Source: the human T2T-CHM13v2.0 reference genome, Homo sapiens
Direction: 5' to 3' (one strand)
Length of the DNA stretch: 64,000 bases
Assembly: GCF_009914755.1 (NCBI RefSeq)
Contig: NC_060943.1
Within the stretch, counting starts at the first letter, position 1. Each line of letters opens with the position of its first letter. Made by a program: the position numbers and the translations under genes. The notes under the pieces were generated by a model. The model saw only the letters and a program-made list of their open reading frames with translations, was not told the origin of the DNA and searched no databases. Positions 12,901 to 25,800 of the stretch are shown in pieces.

Positions 12901-15900
12901 CACTCTGTTTGTAAATTCTGCAAGTGGATATTCAGACTTCTTTGAGGCCTTCGTTGGAAGCGGGATTTCTTCATATTCTGCTAGACAGAAGAATTCTCAG
13001 TAACTGCCTTGTGTTGTGTGTATTCAACTCACAGAGTTGAACGATCCTTTACACAGAGCAGACTTGAAACACTCTTTTTGTGGAATTTGCAAGTGGAGAT
13101 TTCAGCCGCTTTGAGGTCAATGGTAGAATAGGAAATATCTTCCTATAGAAACTAGACAGAATGATTCTCAGAAACTCCTTTGTGATGTGTGCGTTCAACT
13201 CACAGAGTTCAACCTTTCTTTTCATAGAGCAGTTGGGAAACACTCTGTTTGTAAAGTCTGCAAGTGGATATTCAGACTTCTTTGAGGCCTTCGTTGGAAG
13301 CGGGATTTCTTCATATTCTGCTAGACAGAAGAATTCTCAGTAACTGCCTTGTGTTGTGTGTATTCAACTCACAGAGTTGAACGATCCTTTACACAGAGCA
13401 GACTTGAAACACTCTTTTTGTGGAATTTGCAAGTGGAGATTTCAGCCGCTTTGAGGTCAATGGTAGAATAGGAAATATCTTCCTATAGAAACTAGACAGA
13501 ATGATTCTCAGAAACTCCTTTGTGATGTGTGCGTTCAACTCACAGAGTTTAACCTTTCTTTTCATAGAGCAGTTAGGAAACACTCTGTTTGTAAAGTCTG
13601 CAAGTGGATATTCAGACATCCTTGAGGCTTTCGTTGGAAACGGGATTTCTTCATATTCTGCTAGAAAGAAGAATTCTCAGTAACTTCCTTGTGTTGTGTG
13701 TATTCAACTCACAGAGTTGAACGATCCTTTACACAGAGCAGACTTGAAACACTCTTTTTGTGGAATTTGCAAGTGGAGATTTCAGCCGCTTTGAGGTCAA
13801 TGGTAGAATAGGAAATATCTTCCTATAGAAACTAGACAGAATGATTCTCAGAAACTCCTTTGTGATGTGTGCGTTCAACTCACACACTTTAACCTTTCTT
13901 TTCATAGAGCAGTTAGGAAACACTCTGTTTGTAAAGTCTGCAAGTGGATATTCAGACCTCTTTGAGGCATTCGTTGGAAACGGGATTTCTACATATTATG
14001 CTAGACAGAAGAATTCTCAGTAACTTCCTTGTGTTGTGTGTATTCAACTCACAGAGTTGAACGATCCTTTACACAGAGCAGACTTGAAACACTCTTTTTG
14101 TGGATTTTGCAAGTGGAGATTTCAGCCGCTTTGAGTTCAATGGTAGAATAGGAAATATCTTCCTATAGAAACTAGACAGAATGATTCTCAGAAACTCCTT
14201 TGTGATGTGTGCGTTCAACTCACAGAGTTCAACCTTTCTTTTCATAGAGCAGTTGGGAAACACTCTGTTTGTAAAGTCTGCAAGTGGATATTCAGACTTC
14301 TTTGAGGCCTTCGTTGGAAGCGGGATTTCTTCATGTTCAGCTAGACAGAAGAATTCTCAGAAACTTCCTTGTGTTGTGTGTTTTCAACTCACAGAGTTGA
14401 ACGATCCTTTACACAGAGCAGACTTGAAACACTCCTTTTGTGGAATTTGCAAGTGGAGATTTCAGCCGCTTTGAGGTCAATGGTAGAATAGGAAATATCT
14501 TCCTATAGAAACTAGACAGAATGATTCTCAGAAACTCCTTTGTGATGTGTGCGTTCAACTCACAGAGTTTACCCTTTCTTTTCATAGAGCAGTTAGGAAA
14601 CACTCTGTTTGTAAAGTCTGCAAGTGGATATTCAGACATCCTTGAGGCTTTCGTTGGAAACGGGATTTCTTCATATTCTGCTAGAAAGAAGAATTCTCAG
14701 TAACTTCCTTGTGTTGTGTGTATTCAACTCACAGAGTTGAACGATCCTTTACACAGAGCAGACTTGAAACACTCTTTTTGTGGAATTTGCAAGTGGAGAT
14801 TTCAGCCGCTTTGAGTTCAATGGTAGAATAGGAAATATCTTCCTATAGAAACTAGACAGAATGATTCTCAGAAACTCCTTTGTGATGTGTGCGTTCAACT
14901 CACAGAGTTTAACCTTTCTTTTCATAGAGCAGTTGGGAAACACTCTGTTTGTAAAGTCTGCAAGTGGATATTCAGACATCCTTGAGGCTTTCGTTGGAAA
15001 CGGGATTTCTTCATATTCTGCTAGAAAGAAGAATTCTCAGTAACTTCCTTGTGTTGTGTGTATTCAACTCACAGAGTTGAACGATCCTTTACACAGAGCA
15101 GACTTGAAACACTCTTTTTGTGGAATTTGCAAGTGGAGATTTCAGCCGCTTTGAGTTCAATGGTAGAATAGGAAATATCTTCCTATAGAAACTAGACAGA
15201 ATGATTCTCAGAAACTCCTTTGTGATGTGTGCGTTCAACTCACAGAGTTCAACCTTTCTTTTAATAGAGCAGTTGGGAAACACTCTGTTTGTAAATTCTG
15301 CAAGTGGATATTCAGACTTCTTTGAGGCCTTCGTTGGAAGCGGGATTTCTTCATATTCTGCTAGACAGAAGAATTCTCAGTAACCTCCTTGTGTTGTGTG
15401 TATTCAACTCACAGAGTTGAACGACCCTTTACACAGAGCAGACTTGAAACACTCTTTTTGTGGAATTTGCAAGTGGAAATTTCAGCCGCTTTGAGGTCAG
15501 TGGTAGAATAGGAAATATCTTCCTATAGAAACTAGACAGAATGATTCTCAGAAACTCCTTTGTGATGTGTGCGTTCAACTCACAGAGTTTAACCTTTCTT
15601 TTCATAGAGCAGTTAGGAAACACTCTGTTTGTAAAGTCTGCAAGTGGATATTCAGACATCCTTGAGGCTTTCGTTGGAAACGGGATTTCTTCATGTTCTG
15701 CTAGACAGAAGAATTCTCAGTAACTGCCTTGTGTTGTGTGTATTCAACTCACAGAGTTGAACGATCCTTTACACAGAGCAGACTTGAAACACTCCTTTTG
15801 TGGAATTTGCAAGTGGAGATTTCAGCCGCTTTGAGGTCAATGGTAGAATAGGAAATATCTTCCTATAGAAACTAGACAGAATGATTCTCAGAAACTCCTT

Positions 15901-18900
15901 TGTGATGTGTGCGTTCAACTCACATAGTTTAACCTTTCTTTTCATAGAGCAGTTAGGAAACACTCTGTTTGCAAAGTCTGCAAGTGGATATTCAGACATC
16001 CTTGAGGCTTTCGTTGGAAACGGGATTTCTTCATATTCTGCTAGAAAGAAGAATTCTCAGTAACTTCCTTGTGTTGTGTGTATTCAACTCACAGAGTTGA
16101 ACGATCCTTTACACAGAGCAGACTTGAAACACTCTTTTTGTGGAATTTGCAAGTGGAGATTTCAGCCGCTTTGAGGTCAATGGTAGAATAGGAAATATCT
16201 TCCTATAGAAACTAGACAGAATGATTCTCAGAAACTCCTTTGTGATGTGTGCGTTCAACTCACAGAGTTTAACCTTTCTTTTCATAGAGCAGTTAGGAAA
16301 CACTCTGTTTGTAAAGTCTGCAAGTGGATATTCAGACCTCCTTGAGGCCTTCGTTGGAAACGGGATTTCTTCATATTATGCTAGACAGAAGAATTCTCAG
16401 TAACTTCCTTGTGTTGTGTGTATTCAACTCACAGAGTTGAACGATCCTTTACACAGAGCAGACTTGAAACACTCTTTTTGTGGAATTTGCAAGTGGAGAT
16501 TTCAGCCGCTTTGAGTTCAATGGTAGAATAGGAAATATCTTCCTACAGAAACTAGACAGAATGATTCTCAGAAACTCCTTTGTGATGTGTGCGTTCAACT
16601 CACAGAGTTCAACCTTTCTTTTCATAGAGCAGTTGGGAAACACTCTGTTTGTAAAGTCTGCAAGTGGATATTCAGACTTCTTTGAGGCCTTCGTTGGAAG
16701 CGGGATTTCTTCATATTCTGCTAGACAGAAGAATTCTCAGTAACTGCCTTGTGTTGTGTGTATTCAACTCACAGAGTTGAACGATCCTTTACACAGAGCA
16801 GACTTGAAACACTCTTTTTGTGGAATTTGCAAGTGGAGATTTCAGCCGCTTTGACGTCAATGGTAGAATAGGAAATATCTTCCTATAGAAACTAGACAGA
16901 ATGATTCTCAGAAACTCCTTTGTGATGTGTGCGTTCAACTCACAGAGTTCAACCTTTCTTTTCATAGAGCAGTTGGGAAACACTCTGTTTGTAAAGTCTG
17001 CAAGTGGATATTCAGACTTCTTTGAGGCCTTCGTTGGAAGCGGGATTTCTTCATATTCTGCTAGACAGAAGAATTCTCAGTAACTGCCTTGTGTTGTGTG
17101 TATTCAACTCACAGAGTTGAACGATCCTTTACACAGAGCAGACTTGAAACACTCTTTTTGTGGAATTTGCAAGTGGAGATTTCAGCCGCTTTGAGGTCAA
17201 TGGTAGAATAGGAAATATCTTCCTATAGAAACTAGACAGAATGATTCTCAGAAACTCCTTTGTGATGTGTGCGTTCAACTCACAGAGTTTAACCTTTCTT
17301 TTCATAGAGCAGTTAGGAAACACTCTGTTTGTAAAGTCTGCAAGTGGATATTCAGACATCCTTGAGGCTTTCGTTGGAAACGGGATTTCTTCATATTCTG
17401 CTAGAAAGAAGAATTCTCAGTAACTTCCTTGTGTTGTGTGTATTCAACTCACAGAGTTGAACGATCCTTTACACAGAGCAGACTTGAAACACTCTTTTTG
17501 TGGAATTTGCAAGTGGGGATTTCAGCCGCTTTGAGGTCAATGGTAGAATAGGAAATATCTTCCTATAGAAACTAGACAGAATGATTCTCAGAAACTCCTT
17601 TGTGATGTGTGCGTTCAACTCACAGAGTTTAACCTTTCTTTTCATAGAGTAGTTAGGAAACACTCTGTTTGTAAAGTCTGCAAGTGGATATTCAGACCTC
17701 CTTGAGGCCTTCGTTGGAAACGGGATTTCTTCATATTATGCTAGACAGAAGAATTCTCAGTAACTTCCTTGTGTTGTGTGTATTCAACTCACAGAGTTGA
17801 ACGATCCTTTACACAGAGCAGACTTGAAACACTCTTTTTGTGGAATTTGCAAGTGGAGATTTCAGCCGCTTTGAGGTCAATGGTAGAATAGGAAATATCT
17901 TCCTATAGAAACTAGACAGAATGATTCTCAGAAACTCCTTTGTGATGTGTGCGTTCAACTCACACAGTTTAACCTTTCTTTTCATAGAGCAGTTAGGAAA
18001 CACTCTGTTTGTAAAGTCTGCAAGTGGATATTCAGACCTCCTTGAGGCATTCGTTGGAAACGGGATTTCTACATATTATGCTAGACAGAAGAATTCTCAG
18101 TAACTTCCTTGTGTTGTGTGTATTCAACTCACAGAGTTGAACGATCCTTTACACAGAGCAGACTTGAAACACTCTTTTTGTGGATTTTGCAAGTGGAGAT
18201 TTCAGCCGCTTTGAGTTCAATGGTAGAATAGGAAATATCTTCCTATAGAAACTAGACAGAATGATTCTCAGAAACTCCTTTGTGATGTGTGCGTTCAACT
18301 CACAGAGTTCAACCTTTCTTTTCATAGAGCAGTTGGGAAACACTCTGTTTGTACAGTCTGCAAGTGGATATTCAGACTTCTTTGAGGCCTTCGTTGGAAG
18401 CGGGATTTCTTCATGTTCAGCTAGACAGAAGAATTCTCAGAAACTTCCTTGTGTTGTGTGTTTTCAACTCACAGAGTTGAACGATCCTTTACACAGAGCA
18501 GACTTGAAACACTCCTTTTGTGGAATTTGCAAGTGGAGATTTCAGCCGCTTTGAGGTCAATGGTAGAATAGGAAATATCTTCCTATAGAAACTAGACAGA
18601 ATGATTCTCAGAAACTCCTTTGTGATGTGTGCGTTCAACTCACAGAGTTTAACCTTTCTTTTCATAGAGCAGTTAGGAAACACTCTGTTTGTAAAGTCTG
18701 CAAGTGGATATTCAGACATCCTTGAGGCTTTCGTTGGAAACGGGATTTCTTCATATTCTGCTAGAAAGAAGAATTCTCAGTAACTTCCTTGTGTTGTGTG
18801 TATTCAACTCACAGAGTTGAACGATCCTTTACACAGAGCAGACTTGAAACACTCTTTTTGTGGAATTTGCAAGTGGAGATTTCAGCCGCTTTGAGTTCAA

Positions 18901-21900
18901 TGGTAGAATAGGAAATATCTTCCTATAGAAACTAGACAGAATGATTCTCAGAAACTCCTTTGTGATGTGTGCGTTCAACTCACAGAGTTTAACCTTTCTT
19001 TTCATAGAGCAGTTGGGAAACACTCTGTTTGTAAAGTCTGCAAGTGGATATTCAGACATCCTTGAGGCTTTCGTTGGAAACGGGATTTCTTCATATTCTG
19101 CTAGAAAGAAGAATTCTCAGTAACTTCCTTGTGTTGTGTGTATTCAACTCACAGAGTTGAACGATCCTTTACACAGAGCAGACTTGAAACACTCTTTTTG
19201 TGGAATTTGCAAGTGGAGATTTCAGCCGCTTTGAGTTCAATGGTAGAATAGGAAATATCTTCCTATAGAAACTAGACAGAATGATTCTCAGAAACTCCTT
19301 TGTGATGTGTGCGTTCAACTCACAGAGTTCAACCTTTCTTTTCATAGAGCAGTTGGGAAACACTCTGTTTGTAAAGTCTGCAAGTGGATATTCAGACTTC
19401 TTTGAGGCCTTCGTTGGAAGCGGGATTTCTTCATATTCTGCTAGACAGAAGAATTCTCAGTAACTGCCTTGTGTTGTGTGTATTCAACTCACAGAGTTGA
19501 ACGATCCTTTACACAGAGCAGACTTGAAACACTCTTTTTGTGGAATTTGCAAGTGGAGATTTCAGCCGCTTTGAGGTCAATGGTAGAATAGGAAATATCT
19601 TCCTATAGAAACTAGACAGAATGATTCTCAGAAACTCCTTTGTGATGTGTGCGTTCAACTCACAGAGTTCAACCTTTCTTTTCATAGAGCAGTTGGGAAA
19701 CACTCTGTTTGTAAAGTCTGCAAGTGGATATTCAGACTTCTTTGAGGCCTTCGTTGGAAGCGGGATTTCTTCATATTCTGCTAGACAGAAGAATTCTCAG
19801 TAACTGCCTTGTGTTGTGTGTATTCAACTCACAGAGTTGAACGATCCTTTACACAGAGCAGACTTGAAACACTCTTTTTGTGGAATTTGCAAGTGGAGAT
19901 TTCAGCCGCTTTGAGGTCAATGGTAGAATAGGAAATATCTTCCTATAGAAACTAGACAGAATGATTCTCAGAAACTCCTTTGTGATGTGTGCGTTCAACT
20001 CACAGAGTTTAACCTTTCTTTTCATAGAGCAGTTAGGAAACACTCTGTTTGTAAAGTCTGCAAGTGGATATTCAGACATCCTTGAGGCTTTCGTTGGAAA
20101 CGGGATTTCTTCATATTCTGCTAGAAAGAAGAATTCTCAGTAACTTCCTTGTGTTGTGTGTATTCAACTCACAGAGTTGAACGATCCTTTACACAGAGCA
20201 GACTTGAAACACTCTTTTTGTGGAATTTGCAAGTGGAGATTTCAGCCGCTTTGAGGTCAATGGTAGAATAGGAAATATCTTCCTATAGAAACTAGACAGA
20301 ATGATTCTCAGAAACTCCTTTGTGATGTGTGCGTTCAACTCACAGAGTTTAACCTTTCTTTTCATAGAGCAGTTAGGAAACACTCTGTTTGTAAAGTCTG
20401 CAAGTGGATATTCAGACCTCCTTGAGGCCTTCGTTGGAAACGGGATTTCTTCATATTATGCTAGACAGAAGAATTCTCAGTAACTTCCTTGTGTTGTGTG
20501 TATTCAACTCACAGAGTTGAACGATCCTTTACACAGAGCAGACTTGAAACACTCTTTTTGTGGAATTTGCAAGTGGAGATTTCAGCCGCTTTGAGGTCAA
20601 TGGTAGAATAGGAAATATCTTCCTATAGAAACTAGACAGAATGATTCTCAGAAACTCCTTTGTGATGTGTGCGTTCAACTCACACAGTTTAACCTTTCTT
20701 TTCATAGAGCAGTTAGGAAACACTCTGTTTGTAAAGTCTGCAAGTGGATATTCAGACCTCTTTGAGGCATTCGTTGGAAACGGGATTTCTACATATTATG
20801 CTAGACAGAAGAATTCTCAGTAACTTCCTTGTGTTGTGTGTATTCAACTCACAGAGTTGAACGATCCTTTACACAGAGCAGACTTGAAACACTCTTTTTG
20901 TGGATTTTGCAAGTGGAGATTTCAGCCGCTTTGAGTTCAATGGTAGAATAGGAAATATCTTCCTATAGAAACTAGACAGAATGATTCTCAGAAACTCCTT
21001 TGTGATGTGTGCGTTCAACTCACAGAGTTCAACCTTTCTTTTCATAGAGCAGTTGGGAAACACTCTGTTTGTAAAGTCTGCAAGTGGATATTCAGACTTC
21101 TTTGAGGCCTTCGTTGGAAGCGGGATTTCTTCATGTTCAGCTAGACAGAAGAATTCTCAGAAACTTCCTTGTGTTGTGTGTTTTCAACTCACAGAGTTGA
21201 ACGATCCTTTACACAGAGCAGACTTGAAACACTCCTTTTGTGGAATTTGCAAGTGGAGATTTCAGCCGCTTTGAGGTCAATGGTAGAATAGGAAATATCT
21301 TCCTATAGAAACTAGACAGAATGATTCTCAGAAACTCCTTTGTGATGTGTGCGTTCAACTCACAGAGTTTAACCTTTCTTTTCATAGAGCAGTTAGGAAA
21401 CACTCTGTTTGTAAAGTCTGCAAGTGGATATTCAGACATCCTTGAGGCTTTCGTTGGAAACGGGATTTCTTCATATTCTGCTAGAAAGAAGAATTCTCAG
21501 TAACTTCCTTGTGTTGTGTGTATTCAACTCACAGAGTTGAACGATCCTTTACACAGAGCAGACTTGAAACACTCTTTTTGTGGAATTTGCAAGTGGAGAT
21601 TTCAGCCGCTTTGAGTTCAATGGTAGAATAGGAAATATCTTCCTATAGAAACTAGACAGAATGATTCTCAGAAACTCCTTTGTGATGTGTGCGTTCAACT
21701 CACAGAGTTTAACCTTTCTTTTCATAGAGCAGTTGGGAAACACTCTGTTTGTAAAGTCTGCAAGTGGATATTCAGACATCCTTGAGGCTTTCGTTGGAAA
21801 CGGGATTTCTTCATATTCTGCTAGAAAGGAGAATTCTCAGTAACTGCCTTGTGTTGTGTGTATTCAACTCACAGAGTTGAACGATCCTTTACACAGAGCA

Positions 21901-22852
21901 GACTTGAAACACTCTTTTTGTGGAATTTGCAAGTGGAGATTTCAGCCGCTTTGAGTTCAATGGTAGAATAGGAAATATCTTCCTATAGAAACTAGACAGA
22001 ATGATTCTCAGAAACTCCTTTGTGATGTGTGCGTTCAACTCACAGAGTTCAACCTTTCTTTTAATAGAGCAGTTGGGAAACACTCTGTTTGTAAATTCTG
22101 CAAGTGGATATTCAGACTTCTTTGAGGCCTTCGTTGGAAGCGGGATTTCTTCATATTCTGCTAGACAGAAGAATTCTCAGTAACCTCCTTGTGTTGTGTG
22201 TATTCAACTCACAGAGTTGAACGACCCTTTACACAGAGCAGACTTGAAACACTCTTTTTGTGGAATTTGCAAGTGGAGATTTCAGCCGCTTTGAGGTCAG
22301 TGGTAGAATAGGAAATATCTTCCTATAGAAACTAGACAGAATGATTCTCAGAAACTCCTTTGTGATGTGTGCGTTCAACTCACAGAGTTTAACCTTTCTT
22401 TTCATAGAGCAGTTAGGAAACACTCTGTTTGTAAAGTCTGCAAGTGGATATTCAGACATCCTTGAGGCTTTCGTTGGAAACGGGATTTCTTCATGTTCTG
22501 CTAGACAGAAGAATTCTCAGTAACTGCCTTGTGTTGTGTGTATTCAACTCACAGAGTTGAACGATCCTTTACACAGAGCAGACTTGAAACACTCCTTTTG
22601 TGGAATTTGCAAGTGGAGATTTCAGCCGCTTTGAGGTCAATGGTAGAATAGGAAATATCTTCCTATAGAAACTAGACAGAATGATTCTCAGAAACTCCTT
22701 TGTGATGTGTGCGTTCAACTCACATAGTTTAACCTTTCTTTTCATAGAGCAGTTAGGAAACACTCTGTTTGTAAAGTCTGCAAGTGGATATTCAGACATC
22801 CTTGAGGCTTTCGTTGGAAACGGGATTTCTTCATATTCTGCTAGAAAGAAGA

Positions 22853-25800
22853 ATTCTCAGTAACTTCCTTGTGTTGTGTGTATTCAACTCACAGAGTTGA
22901 ACGATCCTTTACACAGAGCAGACTTGAAACACTCTTTTTGTGGAATTTGCAAGTGGAGATTTCAGCCGCTTTGAGGTCAATGGTAGAATAGGAAATATCT
23001 TCCTATAGAAACTAGACAGAATGATTCTCAGAAACTCCTTTGTGATGTGTGCGTTCAACTCACAGAGTTTAACCTTTCTTTTCATAGAGCAGTTAGGAAA
23101 CACTCTGTTTGTAAAGTCTGCAAGTGGATATTCAGACCTCCTTGAGGCCTTCGTTGGAAACGGGATTTCTTCATATTATGCTAGACAGAAGAATTCTCAG
23201 TAACTTCCTTGTGTTGTGTGTATTCAACTCACAGAGTTGAACGATCCTTTACACAGAGCAGACTTGAAACACTCTTTTTGTGGAATTTGCAAGTGGAGAT
23301 TTCAGCCGCTTTGAGTTCAATGGTAGAATAGGAAATATCTTCCTACAGAAACTAGACAGAATGATTCTCAGAAACTCCTTTGTGATGTGTGCGTTCAACT
23401 CACAGAGTTCAATCTTTCTTTTCATAGAGCAGTTGGGAAACACTCTGTTTGTAAAGTCTGCAAGTGGATATTCAGACTTCTTTGAGGCCTTCGTTGGAAG
23501 CGGGATTTCTTCATATTCTGCTAGACAGAAGAATTCTCAGTAACTGCCTTGTGTTGTGTGTATTCAACTCACAGAGTTGAACGATCCTTTACACAGAGCA
23601 GACTTGAAACACTCTTTTTGTGGAATTTGCAAGTGGAGATTTCAGCCGCTTTGACGTCAATGGTAGAATAGGAAATATCTTCCTATAGAAACTAGACAGA
23701 ATGATTCTCAGAAACTCCTTTGTGATGTGTGCGTTCAACTCACAGAGTTCAACCTTTCTTTTCATAGAGCAGTTGGGAAACACTCTGTTTGTAAAGTCTG
23801 CAAGTGGATATTCAGACTTCTTTGAGGCCTTCGTTGGAAGCGGGATTTCTTCATATTCTGCTAGACAGAAGAATTCTCAGTAACTGCCTTGTGTTGTGTG
23901 TATTCAACTCACAGAGTTGAACGATCCTTTACACAGAGCAGACTTGAAACACTCTTTTTGTGGAATTTGCAAGTGGAGATTTCAGCCGCTTTGAGGTCAA
24001 TGGTAGAATAGGAAATATCTTCCTATAGAAACTAGACAGAATGATTCTCAGAAACTCCTTTGTGATGTGTGCGTTCAACTCACAGAGTTTAACCTTTCTT
24101 TTCATAGAGCAGTTAGGAAACACTCTGTTTGTAAAGTCTGCAAGTGGATATTCAGACATCCTTGAGGCTTTCGTTGGAAACGGGATTTCTTCATATTCTG
24201 CTAGAAAGAAGAATTCTCAGTAACTTCCTTGTGTTGTGTGTATTCAACTCACAGAGTTGAACGATCCTTTACACAGAGCAGACTTGAAACACTCTTTTTG
24301 TGGAATTTGCAAGTGGAGATTTCAGCCGCTTTGAGTTCAATGGTAGAATAGGAAATATCTTCCTATAGAAACTAGACAGAATGATTCTCAGAAACTCCTT
24401 TGTGATGTGTGCGTTCAACTCACAGAGTTTAACCTTTCTTTTCATAGAGCAGTTGGGAAACACTCTGTTTGTAAAGTCTGCAAGTGGATATTCAGACATC
24501 CTTGAGGCTTTCGTTGGAAACGGGATTTCTTCATATTCTGCTAGAAAGGAGAATTCTCAGTAACTTCCTTGTGTTGTGTGTATTCAACTCACAGAGTTGA
24601 ACGATCCTTTACACAGAGCAGACTTGAAACACTCTTTTTGTGGAATTTGCAAGTGGAGATTTCAGCCGCTTTGAGTTCAATGGTAGAATAGGAAATATCT
24701 TCCTATAGAAACTAGACAGAATGATTCTCAGAAACTCCTTTGTGATGTGTGCGTTCAACTCACAGAGTTCAACCTTTCTTTTAATAGAGCAGTTGGGAAA
24801 CACTCTGTTTGTAAATTCTGCAAGTGGATATTCAGACTTCTTTGAGGCCTTCGTTGGAAGCGGGATTTCTTCATATTCTGCTAGACAGAAGAATTCTCAG
24901 TAACCTCCTTGTGTTGTGTGTATTCAACTCACAGAGTTGAACGACCCTTTACACAGAGCAGACTTGAAACACTCTTTTTGTGGAATTTGCAAGTGGAGAT
25001 TTCAGCCGCTTTGAGGTCAGTGGTAGAATAGGAAATATCTTCCTATAGAAACTAGACAGAATGATTCTCAGAAACTCCTTTGTGATGTGTGCGTTCAACT
25101 CACAGAGTTTAACCTTTCTTTTCATAGAGCAGTTAGGAAACACTCTGTTTGTAAAGTCTGCAAGTGGATATTCAGACATCCTTGAGGCTTTCGTTGGAAA
25201 CGGGATTTCTTCATGTTCTGCTAGACAGAAGAATTCTCAGTAACTGCCTTGTGTTGTGTGTATTCAACTCACACAGTTGAACGATCCTTTACACAGAGCA
25301 GACTTGAAACACTCCTTTTGTGGAATTTGCAAGTGGAGATTTCAGCCGCTTTGAGGTCAATGGTAGAATAGGAAATATCTTCCTATAGAAACTAGACAGA
25401 ATGATTCTCAGAAACTCCTTTGTGATGTGTGCGTTCAACTCACATAGTTTAACCTTTCTTTTCATAGAGCAGTTAGGAAACACTCTGTTTGTAAAGTCTG
25501 CAAGTGGATATTCAGACATCCTTGAGGCTTTCGTTGGAAACGGGATTTCTTCATATTCTGCTAGAAAGAAGAATTCTCAGTAACTTCCTTGTGTTGTGTG
25601 TATTCAACTCACAGAGTTGAACGATCCTTTACACAGAGCAGACTTGAAACACTCTTTTTGTGGAATTTGCAAGTGGAGATTTCAGCCGCTTTGAGGTCAA
25701 TGGTAGAATAGGAAATATCTTCCTATAGAAACTAGACAGAATGATTCTCAGAAACTCCTTTGTGATGTGTGCGTTCAACTCACAGAGTTTAACCTTTCTT

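Noticed and set aside
17581-17763. Missing plus-strand ORF here, and missing ORFs near 63030-63320
   Set aside because: Explained by a C>T creating TAG near 17650 and by the 1-bp deletion near 63150; not structural breaks.
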